Shown: in pieces, positions 8,132 to 16,440 of the stretch
Position numbering within the stretch: position 1 is the first letter of the stretch
Layout: each line of letters begins with the position of its first letter
Origin: a virus
Lineage: Duplodnaviria > Heunggongvirae > Uroviricota > Caudoviricetes
IMG/VR virus record: IMGVR_UViG_2636415906_000001
Strand: one strand, 5' to 3'
DNA length: 18,744 bases
Notes under the pieces: model-generated
Databases searched by the model: none
What the model was told of the DNA's origin: nothing
What the model saw: only the letters and a program-made list of their open reading frames with translations
Position numbers and translations under genes: made by a program

Positions 8132-8305
8132 TTACCCACGTCCAGTTAAAGTGTAAGCCAGCGCCTTATCCATTAATCCCCGAGCAATTTCGTGGATCGT
8201 TGGCGCAACTCCTACCTCTGATTTTTTACGCTGCTCCTCCTGAATTTTCTTTATCGCTTCCATTTGCTTCTCACTTATCAATACTGGCTTTACTGAAATA
8301 GCCAT
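8132..8305 (-). CDS. Small protein (57 aa, MAISVKPVLISEKQMEAIKKIQEEQRKKSEVGVAPTIHEIARGLMDKALAYTLTGRG), first gene of the operon; possibly RHH-like
   Basis: Below the ORF-track length cutoff; translated by hand. Strong RBS AAGGGGG 4-5 nt upstream of ATG 8303-8305. The stop overlaps the start of the 451-aa gene. Confidence 0.5.
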   Translation of the reverse strand: MAISVKPVLISEKQMEAIKKIQEEQRKKSEVGVAPTIHEIARGLMDKALAYTLTGRG

Positions 8306-8320
8306 AACGCCCCCTTATAA

Positions 8321-8344
8321 CTGTATAAAACAACAGTCATTATA
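8321..8344 (-). promoter_or_regulatory. Candidate SOS-regulated promoter: perfect -10 TATAAT (8339-8344, minus strand) followed by a LexA-like box CTGT-N8-ACAG (8321-8336)
   Basis: Plus strand aaCTGTATAAAACAACAGtc resembles known SOS boxes such as umuDC, and overlaps the predicted transcription start about 30 nt upstream of the 57-aa ORF. No convincing -35 was found. Confidence 0.4.
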
Positions 8345-8400
8345 GTTTCATAAAACGCAACATTCATCATTGTGATTGCAAAATATGAAACAAATAGCAC

Positions 8401-8433
8401 AAAAAAATGCCACCGTTCAGTAGCTGGTGGCAT
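8401..8433 (-). terminator. Rho-independent terminator for leftward (minus-strand) transcription
   Basis: 8-bp stem ATGCCACC/GGTGGCAT (8407-8414 with 8426-8433), 11-nt loop, followed on the minus strand by TTTTTT (plus-strand A-run 8401-8406). It separates the satellite core operon from the cargo operon promoter. Confidence 0.65.
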
Positions 8434-8803
8434 CGTTCTGTATGTCAGGTTTTGACAGTTTTTTTATGGACTCTAAAAACTATATTTATGGAGTCGCATT
8501 ACTCTTCACGGCAGGCGCTTTCCAGTTCTGCCCTTGCTTCTGGCTCCATTGGTAATTTGATTCGCGATCAGCTATGCGGATGGTTTGCTGAACAGGCATA
8601 ACAACATCTCAGAGGCTATTTTTTGAACTACGAAAATTTCGTAGTGCTCACCTTCAAAAACGTCACGCCCTTGTACACTGGATTTTACAAAAGTCTCGTA
8701 AAACTCTTTGCTGTTCTGGGCTATGTGCCAAACCGCAGCGAATACCTCCGTCTGCCAGATGAGCAAAACATACCTTATAAAGAAAATCGCTGTTTTTGCT
8801 GTA

Positions 8804-8902
8804 CCACCTGTACCACCATGTCACAAACCCTTGTGTGGCGCGGCCTGCAGGTGGTACAGGTGGGTAAAAATGACCTCTCCCCACCTGTACAGACCTGTAC
8901 CA
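8804..8902. repeat. Cluster 1 of the GGTGGTACAGGT(GG) motif in both orientations
   Basis: Copies read at 8804-8817 (rc), 8850-8863 (fwd), 8881-8892 and 8893-8902 (rc, partial), immediately downstream of the 245-aa gene. Confidence 0.75.
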
Positions 8903-8907
8903 TTTAT

Positions 8908-9645
8908 TTAATTTTTACCCATAGCAGCACATAATCCCTTTTTTGAAATATTGAAAAATGCGTTCATTCTTCCCGCTGGCTTAACCTTGTAGCCGCTTGC
9001 CACCATCGCCGCAATAAATGCTCCGTTGGGGATATAGTGCGGGTGATCACTGTGCTGGTGGTTTATCTGGTTATATCGCTCCACTTCATGCTTCAACGTG
9101 TCAGATGTGGGGTTATCCTGCGGGAAGCTCTCAATCTGGGCATTACTCATCCCGTTGTCTCTGATCCATCTCAGGCAGCTTTTCGCCGATACGATAAATG
9201 ACGGGTTATCAAGCGGGTTTTCCCAGTCCGCATTCCGGTTGTGGAGCGCCAGTCCGTCAAGGTTAAATTGTGGGTATTCAGCGGTAATTACTGTCACTGC
9301 GTGGCGGATTTCAGTTTCGTCACAACATGGCTCATCTCCCACACCAGCAGGGTAATAATCTGAACCACCGGGACTGATACAGCTTTTACCACTGAAAGGC
9401 CATTGCTTCGCCATTTCGGGTGTTGAGTGATTACCGTCGCTCCGTTCGCGCTGTGCCTCTGTCCACTGGCTGGCATATTCAGTAAATGAAACTCTTTGCC
9501 CCTGGCGCATCCAGTGCGCAATCATAATTAAAGTGCGTTCCAGACTTTGGATGTCGCCAGCATTCCCGCACTGTGTAGCGAAACTTTTTAATTCTTCGCG
9601 CTCCGTTCTGGTCATTCCCTGCAGTATGCAATAGTTATTGTTCAT
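8908..9645 (-). CDS. Hypothetical protein (245 aa)
   Basis: ORF overlapping the upstream 76-aa gene by 11 nt. No family recognised. Confidence 0.65.
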   Translation of the reverse strand: MNNNYCILQGMTRTEREELKSFATQCGNAGDIQSLERTLIMIAHWMRQGQRVSFTEYASQWTEAQRERSDGNHSTPEMAKQWPFSGKSCISPGGSDYYPAGVGDEPCCDETEIRHAVTVITAEYPQFNLDGLALHNRNADWENPLDNPSFIVSAKSCLRWIRDNGMSNAQIESFPQDNPTSDTLKHEVERYNQINHQHSDHPHYIPNGAFIAAMVASGYKVKPAGRMNAFFNISKKGLCAAMGKN

Positions 9646-9865
9646 GTTTTACCTCTCTGATTTCTGCTGCCATATCTGTTGGCTCTATACAGCCGTCCCG
9701 ACTTGCCACGCAGGGAATAATGATTTCAACGGTATCGCCGTCAATACACATTTCAACATTCGCCCATGCCGCAATGGGTAGCCAGTCTGAACGCCCCTCA
9801 AACCGTAGCTGCCAGCCAGAGGAAGAAGCTAACTGGCGCACTTTGTAAAATGGTGTGCTCATCAT
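9635..9865 (-). CDS. Hypothetical small protein (76 aa)
   Basis: ORF with GAGG about 10 nt upstream of ATG. First gene after the primase-proximal motif cluster. Confidence 0.55.
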   Translation of the reverse strand: MMSTPFYKVRQLASSSGWQLRFEGRSDWLPIAAWANVEMCIDGDTVEIIIPCVASRDGCIEPTDMAAEIREVKHEQ

Positions 9866-9915
9866 TGGTTGTTTCCTCTCAGCCAGCCAGAAGAAATGCG
9901 TTTGTTAATGGTATA

Positions 9916-10012
9916 GGTGGTACAGGTCTGGTATAGGTAAGATATTGACCTGTACCACTATAACGCACTGTTTTTAATACTGAATTAGCAAAGTGGTATA
10001 GGTGGTACAGGT
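9916..10012. repeat. Cluster 2 of the GGTGGTACAGGT motif, between the primase stop and the next gene
   Basis: Copies at 9916-9927 (fwd), 9948-9958 (rc) and 10001-10012 (fwd), plus repeated GGTATAGGT. The same motif as cluster 1, about 1.1 kb away. Confidence 0.75.
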
Positions 10013-10041
10013 AAAAACGATCTTCTTGTAAAAAGACTATA

Positions 10042-12393
10042 TTAAAAAACATCATAACCCCCCATACCGATCAGACGGGCAAACGCAGCCTGTAGAACTC
10101 CGACCTCTGGTAGTTCGTAGAACACGCCATTCCCTCGGTCTGGTCTTCCATGCTTCACCAGCCCCATTTGTGCAAGTGATTTACCCAGTAGTGATCTGGC
10201 TGCTGGCTCTTTAAGCTTTTCCCCACGCTCAAGCGACCACGCTACAAATCGACTAACCATATCCTTTGCAAACAAACGGACTTCGCCATTAAACGGAGGT
10301 TCATTGATTAGCTCGCCATAAAGAAACAATTCAACGCCAGACAGCCCCAGCAAGATTTCTTCACGTAAGGCATCGGTCTGTGGCGCTCGTTGAGGGTCAA
10401 AACCTGAGAGATCCACCCCTTTAAGATGCCAAAGCAACTTTGCGGCACCGCCATCATTAAGCCAACTGTACAGCCGATCAAAATACTCCCGACTCTGTGC
10501 TTTTTCAGGAGATGGCTCAAGCACGAGATAGCGACGCTCTCTTATCCCTGCCTGTAATACCTGTGTGCTGTTACTGGCAAATATCAACCGGGCAAAATTC
10601 GGCATTGGTTCAGCATCAATTCCCTTGCGCTCAAGGTTAAACGTCGGTTCGCTAATAATCGCTTTAAGTCTGTCAGCTTCAGACGGCTTGTGGATCGTCA
10701 CTTCGTCAGCAAATACCAGTAGCTTGTTAGCAAGTATTGAATTGAAGCGCCCTGAAATATGTCCCGCCCCGTTAATGTGGGCGGCGTACTGCCCCAGTAT
10801 TTGCAGCAGCGGTTTAACCGTTGTGCCTTTCCCTGTGCCCGGGACAGATTTCATCACGATTGCCACGGACGGTTTTTCATCAGGCTTTTGGATAATGTGC
10901 GCCATCCACTGGATAAGATATTGGTATGCCTCCTCATTACCGGCACAGACAACCTGCAACAGGTGATTAAGGTATACCGTGCAATCTCCTTCAATTGGTT
11001 CCAGTGCCAGCCCCTCATACAGATTAAAAACATCGTCAGGGCATTTGTCTGGTACTGGATAAAATCCTACGCCTCCTGGCTTGTAGTTCTTCCCACTCCA
11101 TGACAGCCACGCCGATCCCGCCAGCTTTCTGGCGACTCTCGGTTTATGATGAAAATAATGCTGAAATTGTGATAAATCCTCGAAAACGTGCGATACACCG
11201 CCGGTTTGAGAAGGCTTTAGCGACACCACCTTGTGTTTCCCGCCGATGGTGACATGCGTAAACGTCCGGTTGATTTCTTCGAGGACAGCAATTTCATCAT
11301 CGCTTAACACCTCGCCAGAACTGATCTCATTCAGCGCCCCGACTGACTGTTTGTGATTTTTCACCTGCGCCCCTTTCCCCCGTGGCTGGTACATCGAATC
11401 TTTAAATGCTGCTGTGGCTGCCGCCAGCCCGTGTTGTTGGTGATAGTCGTTCCAGTCGGCTTTATAGTCAGTCGGTGGCAGAGACACCCAGCCAGCTACG
11501 GAAATAGCGGCCCTCTCTGCGGCATCTTTCCCCGTGTTGATCCCTCCACTTTCGGAGTTTCCTTGCTGGTGATCGTTATCTGCGGCAATGATGATTTGTG
11601 CCTGTGGATATGTTCTGCGCATGACTTCCGCTACTGGCAACAGGTTGCCAGCGTCGATTGCTGCCACTGTCATTGCGTCAGGGCGAATTAAATGGCACGA
11701 CAGGGCGGTAGCCACCCCCTCAGCAATTATGATGCTGTGAGGTCGTTTCTGTGCGTTTATGGCGTGATATGCCCCCCGCTTTGCTGAACCTGTCAGGAGT
11801 CTTTTTTCACCATGTGAGGTAATAGTCTGTGCTGCTGTTACTGCGCCGGATTTATCCACCAGCGCCAGCAACAGAGATCCATCGGGCAACACGGGGAATG
11901 TAAAATCACCTACCCCTTTCGCAACCAGATAATCAGATTTGCCGTTTACAGCCTTTCTGCGCATGTCATCAAACTGACGGGAAAACGTATCCCGTCTTTG
12001 TTGTTCGTCCTTCTCTGCCCTTTTCAGGCGCTCCTGTTCGCGTCGCTGGCGCTCGGTTTCCAGTTGTTCCCGTTTCTGGCTGGTGGCTTCTGGTGTTTCC
12101 GTTGTCCGGTAATCAATACCCAGAACATCAGCGGCAAGAAGCGCCGCCTCTGTTGTGTCGCAGTTATTTACGCGTTTAATTAAATCCAGCCCATCACCAG
12201 CGCCGCACTGATTACAGATGAAGCTACCGCGCCCGTTGTCATCGAACCGGAATCGATCTTTGCCCCCACATGCAGGGCAGGGAGCATGACGGCGCGGAGA
12301 GTCAGGGACATTTATGTTCAGGCAGCCCAGCACATGAGGCCAGTTGTTTTCAGACGCACTGATAACCTGACGGATAAGATCAATGTTTCGCAT
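10042..12393 (-). CDS. P4 alpha-like primase-helicase (zinc-binding N-terminus, TOPRIM primase, C-terminal P-loop NTPase/helicase), 783 aa
   Basis: Cys-rich motif CPACGG...CNQCG near the N-terminus; toprim-like IIIAEGVATALS and AADNDHQ; Walker A VPGTGKGT in the C-terminal half. This is the typical P4-family satellite replication protein architecture. Confidence 0.9.
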   Translation of the reverse strand: MRNIDLIRQVISASENNWPHVLGCLNINVPDSPRRHAPCPACGGKDRFRFDDNGRGSFICNQCGAGDGLDLIKRVNNCDTTEAALLAADVLGIDYRTTETPEATSQKREQLETERQRREQERLKRAEKDEQQRRDTFSRQFDDMRRKAVNGKSDYLVAKGVGDFTFPVLPDGSLLLALVDKSGAVTAAQTITSHGEKRLLTGSAKRGAYHAINAQKRPHSIIIAEGVATALSCHLIRPDAMTVAAIDAGNLLPVAEVMRRTYPQAQIIIAADNDHQQGNSESGGINTGKDAAERAAISVAGWVSLPPTDYKADWNDYHQQHGLAAATAAFKDSMYQPRGKGAQVKNHKQSVGALNEISSGEVLSDDEIAVLEEINRTFTHVTIGGKHKVVSLKPSQTGGVSHVFEDLSQFQHYFHHKPRVARKLAGSAWLSWSGKNYKPGGVGFYPVPDKCPDDVFNLYEGLALEPIEGDCTVYLNHLLQVVCAGNEEAYQYLIQWMAHIIQKPDEKPSVAIVMKSVPGTGKGTTVKPLLQILGQYAAHINGAGHISGRFNSILANKLLVFADEVTIHKPSEADRLKAIISEPTFNLERKGIDAEPMPNFARLIFASNSTQVLQAGIRERRYLVLEPSPEKAQSREYFDRLYSWLNDGGAAKLLWHLKGVDLSGFDPQRAPQTDALREEILLGLSGVELFLYGELINEPPFNGEVRLFAKDMVSRFVAWSLERGEKLKEPAARSLLGKSLAQMGLVKHGRPDRGNGVFYELPEVGVLQAAFARLIGMGGYDVF

Positions 12394-12405
12394 TCTGGCC
12401 CCCGT

Positions 12406-13008
12406 TTAGTGCGTCACTGGTGCTTCTGGGATGCCGTTTTCGTTTAGTTCGGCAATAAAGCTGTTGTGAAGATCGGCAAGCACTTCTCGCCCAAACGAAG
12501 TGAGTGTTCCCTGTTCGACATCGAACATGTTGCTGTAAAAAATGATGGCATTCTTTGTTCCGACATCAACACCATATTTCTCGATCATTGCGCCCTCAAT
12601 GTTGTTTGCCATAGCGAGGCGCTCTGCTACTGGATACAGCGGCATGGCGACGATGCCATTGGAATAAACAGAAACCACGGAATGATTGCCACTGTCATCA
12701 ATAATGCTGACGGTGCCGTTTTCCTTTCTCATTTCATTGATGAATGCTGTTGCTATCAGCCAGCGCCACATAATCACGTGATGCTGTGATGTGTAATCGA
12801 AATATCCCTGGTTGCCGCCATCGGCTATAGCGAGATGTATTGACATACCTTCATCTGGTTTATCGTCATAATCCCCGGCATCCAGACGATTTACGGCATC
12901 AATATATGAGACGGTCTCAACGCGTTCTGTCATGCCATCGTTGCTGCGGTGCATGATGTTTACGCCGTCAGGCGTTGCTTCTGCCTGGAAAGTTAAGAAA
13001 TTATTCAT
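12406..13008 (-). CDS. Hypothetical protein (about 200 aa from ATG 13008; ORF track extends to 13113)
   Basis: The ATG at 13006-13008 overlaps the upstream gene's stop by 8 nt. Located 12 nt upstream of the primase start. Confidence 0.6.
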   Translation of the reverse strand: MNNFLTFQAEATPDGVNIMHRSNDGMTERVETVSYIDAVNRLDAGDYDDKPDEGMSIHLAIADGGNQGYFDYTSQHHVIMWRWLIATAFINEMRKENGTVSIIDDSGNHSVVSVYSNGIVAMPLYPVAERLAMANNIEGAMIEKYGVDVGTKNAIIFYSNMFDVEQGTLTSFGREVLADLHNSFIAELNENGIPEAPVTH

Positions 13009-13222
13009 GTTTCGCCTCGCCTGAATGATTCTGTAACTCATATTTGCCCAACAATTCGTCTGCTTCCTGAATAGCTTCTGGTACGCCATTGAGCAGTGAC
13101 ATAACCGCGCCAATCATTAACTTGTCTCTGTTGCTGGGGCTGGCCCCTTCAAGCCAGAACCCTAAAACAGCCTGAACCTGTTCGATGCGACATTGCGCTT
13201 CAATGAGCTGGATGTTGGTCAT
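13001..13222 (-). CDS. Hypothetical small protein (73 aa)
   Basis: ORF with a 4-nt ATGA-type overlap with the upstream gene; part of the coupled operon. Confidence 0.55.
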   Translation of the reverse strand: MTNIQLIEAQCRIEQVQAVLGFWLEGASPSNRDKLMIGAVMSLLNGVPEAIQEADELLGKYELQNHSGEAKHE

Positions 13223-13482
13223 TTCGCACTCTCCGCATCGATTAAACTGATATCTATCAGGGAGGTAACTTTTTGTAGCCAGCTATTGATTACTGTCGCC
13301 TGTTCCCCTCCCACCGAGGGAATAATCTCATTCATCACATGAACCAGACCTGTGCGCGCTCTGGTAAGCCGTTCAGTCGCGCAATCTGCGGGAGTGAATG
13401 TGTCTGGATATGGCTCTTCGCGCCCCAGCAATGATTCAATTTCCAGCTCACACGGATGACGATAAATTAAGTTGATATTCAT
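13219..13482 (-). CDS. Hypothetical small protein (87 aa)
   Basis: ORF with GGGGGTG RBS 5 nt upstream of ATG; 4-nt overlaps with both neighbours. Confidence 0.55.
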   Translation of the reverse strand: MNINLIYRHPCELEIESLLGREEPYPDTFTPADCATERLTRARTGLVHVMNEIIPSVGGEQATVINSWLQKVTSLIDISLIDAESAK

Positions 13483-13673
13483 TTTTCACCCCCAAGAATT
13501 ACCAGCTCGGCACGGGCATCGTTAACCAAAGATGAGCACGCTTTAATCGCATCCACGACATCAGCAGCGTCCATTTCTTCAGCCGAAAGACTGACAGCAA
13601 CCAGGACATCCGCTGCTTGCTCGATTAATTGAAGTGCGGACGTAAGGCGAGGGGTATTAATTGAGTTATTCAT
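13479..13673 (-). CDS. Hypothetical small acidic protein (about 64 aa from ATG 13673)
   Basis: The internal ATG at 13671-13673 overlaps the stop (13666-13668) of the upstream 342-aa ORF; the ORF track's longer version would overlap that gene. Confidence 0.5.
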   Translation of the reverse strand: MNNSINTPRLTSALQLIEQAADVLVAVSLSAEEMDAADVVDAIKACSSLVNDARAELVILGGEK

Positions 13674-14694
13674 TGGTTGCCCCCGTTTTGCATGGCATTT
13701 GTCCACCTTCCAGCAGGAAATGAACGTCACGAACGGCGAGATCCAATATCGCGAGTAACGCCTTCAGCCTTTCGTCTCGTGAGGGAGAGTTGCTCACCAG
13801 AATGTCGTTAATCACTTCTGTCAGTGTGATGATCTGGCTTGTGCGTTCGAGGGGATCCATATGCACATCGTAGGTTTTAATCATGTGCCACCTCCATGCG
13901 GATACGACCAGCAAAAAAGCAGACGTGATCGCGCACCAGAGAACGGCGAGCATCGCGTTCAGACTCGGCAGCAATATGATGAATTTTGGCGGTAATTGTC
14001 GGGCAATCGCGGCGAACTGCGGCGATAATCCAGATAAATTGCGGTTTTTGGGTAGGGGTAGTAGCCAGCATGTGGCAGCCTCCTTGATTGATGGTTTATA
14101 GCCACCGCCCAAGAGACCAATCTTGCTGGCGGTGGACTGTACGGAGTTGGCCTTACTGGCAATCAAGGAAACCAGCCTACCCGAAGGTAGCCCCATACAG
14201 CCCACCATTGATAAGGTGTGCGTGTGCGCCGATACAAAAAAAGACGCTGGCGCGTCATGTATCGCCTCGATTGTCAGCGGGAGGCCAATCCCGGCACCCG
14301 TTTTATGAGGTGCCTTATAACCATAAACCGTGTTGCCGCATAACGGCAAGCTCTTTTTTATGGACTCCGAAAACTCACTATTGGAAGAACCAGAAGCACA
14401 GTACATCGCGCTCATTTCGTTAACGTCACGCGCATGGACGAAGGTTTTTGTGGAGTCACTACGCGAGAAGAGAAAGCCATCTACGACCAGAAATTCTCTG
14501 GCGCAGCCGCTGACCTTCTCAACGCTAACACCATCGACCGTAATTTCTGACATGGTTAAGGCATCCGCTCCTACCACCAGCAAATGACAAACTTTGCTTG
14601 TATCTGCTGTATTAATGCCTGACTTTGCTGTCATATTGCTGGATTTTGGCGACATACCAGCCAGTGAAAATATCTTCTTCTGGACGGTTAGCAT
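13666..14694 (-). CDS. Hypothetical protein (342 aa); Ser/Thr/Gly-rich N-terminal two-thirds, hydrophobic segment, C-terminal helical tail
   Basis: Long uninterrupted ORF with GGAGG RBS 8 nt upstream of ATG 14694. No family recognised. Composition changes along its length, so a sequencing frameshift or fused domains cannot be excluded. Confidence 0.5.
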   Translation of the reverse strand: MLTVQKKIFSLAGMSPKSSNMTAKSGINTADTSKVCHLLVVGADALTMSEITVDGVSVEKVSGCAREFLVVDGFLFSRSDSTKTFVHARDVNEMSAMYCASGSSNSEFSESIKKSLPLCGNTVYGYKAPHKTGAGIGLPLTIEAIHDAPASFFVSAHTHTLSMVGCMGLPSGRLVSLIASKANSVQSTASKIGLLGGGYKPSIKEAATCWLLPLPKNRNLSGLSPQFAAIARQLPPKFIILLPSLNAMLAVLWCAITSAFLLVVSAWRWHMIKTYDVHMDPLERTSQIITLTEVINDILVSNSPSRDERLKALLAILDLAVRDVHFLLEGGQMPCKTGATNE

Positions 14695-14870
14695 TTGTTA
14701 ACCTCCGCGAACTCCTTCATGAAACGTGCCAGCGGTTGTACGCATGGCGATTGATACCCGTCGCGATAAAACGTCACTCGGTTGTGAGACACGCTTTCGA
14801 CAGTAACGAGTGCTCCGTGGGCACCTTTGTAGCGTTTTTGTGGTTGTGGTGTTCCTGTCGGCTTAAACAT
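14688..14870 (-). CDS. Hypothetical small protein (60 aa, [60 protein letters not shown])
   Basis: GGAGG RBS 7 nt upstream of ATG 14870. The start overlaps the AntA-like gene's 3' end by 8 nt and the stop overlaps the next gene's start. Confidence 0.45.
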   Translation of the reverse strand: MFKPTGTPQPQKRYKGAHGALVTVESVSHNRVTFYRDGYQSPCVQPLARFMKEFAEVNKC

Positions 14871-15696
14871 GGACCGCCTCCAGACGCTTGGCGAGCCAGC
14901 GTTGCGACAGGCGGGTGAGTTCTCCTTTGCGCTGCCCATATTCCATGCCCATATCAATTAACGTGATATTGGTGCTTTCGAGATATGAGAGGTGCTCAAG
15001 CTGTTCTGCGTTCATATGGTCGCGAGGTTCGCCAGAATAGCCATTTATCCGCGCCCACTGCTTAGCAGTTAGCCCACCAAGAACGATACGAGAAATCATA
15101 TTGCTCTCGTTTGTGTAGTGGTGTTGCTGCGTCGTTTTCCCCTGCTCGGCACGGGCCATGTTCAGCGCATCGCACATTGGCTTAAAGTTGTTTGCGGCAC
15201 TGATACGGGCTTTTAGCTGGCGACGATAGCGGGCGGCGATTTCAGGCACGGTACGCTGTAATTCTTCCTCGCACTGGATGAAATAACGACGGATAGCGCG
15301 ACCCTGATCATTGCGTTCGATCATTGCCAGTTCTTTCGCCATTCCGACACTTAACAGATAGTCTTTGCCGGGTCTGCCAGAGTGCTTAATCTTGCTGTAA
15401 GCCGCGCCATTCGGGCTTTTCCCCAAATTTGGGGAAATTGTTTTATGGACTGAGTAATCGTGCCCAATGGTGAAGTCATATTCAGAGATGCGATCAGTGA
15501 TCCATGTAGAGAAGTCTTTTCCCACGCCCAACGCTTTGTGTAACGCTTTTGCGCTAACAATATTGGTTTCACGCCCACCTATATGACCAGAAATAACCGG
15601 GACAATTGCGGCAAATTCATTACCGTTAATTGTGCCCAGAGAGGCGTTCAGATGAGGGGCGGCCTCAGAAATTAATCTGCTTTTTTCGATGTTCAT
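14863..15696 (-). CDS. Phage antirepressor-like protein, AntA/AntB (Rha-like) N-terminal domain with a C-terminal extension (277 aa)
   Basis: SAKALHKALGVGKDFSTWITDRISEYDFTIGHDY...GRPGKDYLLSVGMAKELAMIERNDQGRAIRRYFIQCEEEL follows the AntA-domain pattern as I recall it. GGAG RBS 9 nt upstream of ATG. Confidence 0.7.
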   Translation of the reverse strand: MNIEKSRLISEAAPHLNASLGTINGNEFAAIVPVISGHIGGRETNIVSAKALHKALGVGKDFSTWITDRISEYDFTIGHDYSVHKTISPNLGKSPNGAAYSKIKHSGRPGKDYLLSVGMAKELAMIERNDQGRAIRRYFIQCEEELQRTVPEIAARYRRQLKARISAANNFKPMCDALNMARAEQGKTTQQHHYTNESNMISRIVLGGLTAKQWARINGYSGEPRDHMNAEQLEHLSYLESTNITLIDMGMEYGQRKGELTRLSQRWLAKRLEAVHV

Positions 15697-15708
15697 TTTC
15701 AGTCTCCG

Positions 15709-16140
15709 TTAGGCGGCGTTAAACGCGTCCGGGTAGAGTTTCAGAATGTCGGCAATTTCCTGCTGAGAAAGTCCGTTGTGATCATTTATGTTCGCAAGAT
15801 GGTTAACATGAGTGATCACTTTCAGAACATCACCACGGCAGGAGAAACGGTAGCGAAGGTGTGTTCCGATACCATCAGGATTCTTTTCGTCGATACGCTC
15901 CAGAGTGATTCCAAGCTGGCGTTCTAACTCTGTTGCATAGTTACGACCAGAAGACAGACGGCAGTAGCGAAGAATGTCATTTTCTGTCCATCCCTCTATA
16001 CCAGTACGCAGCATATAGACTCGGGCACGATGCTTTTTCGGTGTGCGCTTTGGTGCTTGAAGGGATTTTGTAAGGGGCGTAATATCAGATACGCGAATAT
16101 CTGAATTAGCCGCCTGTAATGGGCGGTTTTTCTTTTCCAT
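15709..16140 (-). CDS. Hypothetical basic protein (143 aa)
   Basis: The ORF start overlaps the alpA stop (ATGA). No family recognised. Confidence 0.6.
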   Translation of the reverse strand: MEKKNRPLQAANSDIRVSDITPLTKSLQAPKRTPKKHRARVYMLRTGIEGWTENDILRYCRLSSGRNYATELERQLGITLERIDEKNPDGIGTHLRYRFSCRGDVLKVITHVNHLANINDHNGLSQQEIADILKLYPDAFNAA

Positions 16141-16358
16141 CAGGCCACCTTCCCGCGGCGTTCTGCCAGCCAGTTATTAATTTCCACCGCATCAAACGCA
16201 GTCACGTTATCTGTTAGCTTCACTGGGCGTGGAAGAGTGCCATTTTTAACCCATCTATCAATAGTAGGCAGTGAAACACCTAGCAATTCCGGCATGCGAA
16301 AGCGACGGATGTATCCAGTTGTTGGGATAGCTGATGATGCTGGCTTGTGTGCTGTCAT
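16140..16358 (-). CDS. alpA: AlpA-family prophage transcriptional regulator / excisionase-like protein (72 aa)
   Basis: IRRFRMPELLGVSLPTIDRWVKNGTLPRPVKLTDNVTAFDAVEINNWL matches the AlpA (Phage_AlpA) HTH pattern. Position between int and the primase operon is typical of P4-like and CP4-57-like elements. Confidence 0.8.
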   Translation of the reverse strand: MTAHKPASSAIPTTGYIRRFRMPELLGVSLPTIDRWVKNGTLPRPVKLTDNVTAFDAVEINNWLAERRGKVA

Positions 16359-16440
16359 ATCTCTAGTAACCTCTCTGATAGCTCATGAAGTTACTTAAAG
16401 TTTAGTGGTTGCCCATACAGTATTTCTATTAAGACTAGAA

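Noticed and set aside
4801-8301. Numerous 60-120-aa plus-strand ORFs inside the 705-aa and 451-aa genes
   Set aside because: Antisense ORFs within long, well-supported coding regions.
8572-8934. Small ORFs between the 245-aa gene and the terminator (8572-8766 minus, 8663-8884 minus, 8623-8934 plus)
   Set aside because: They are mutually overlapping, the minus-strand candidate at 8572-8766 depends on a TTG start with no RBS, and the region is dominated by the GGTGGTACAGGT repeats, which generate ORF-like low-complexity translations.
13877-14918. Plus-strand and alternative-frame ORFs inside the 342-aa and 60-aa genes
   Set aside because: Shadow ORFs of the coupled minus-strand operon; no RBS support.
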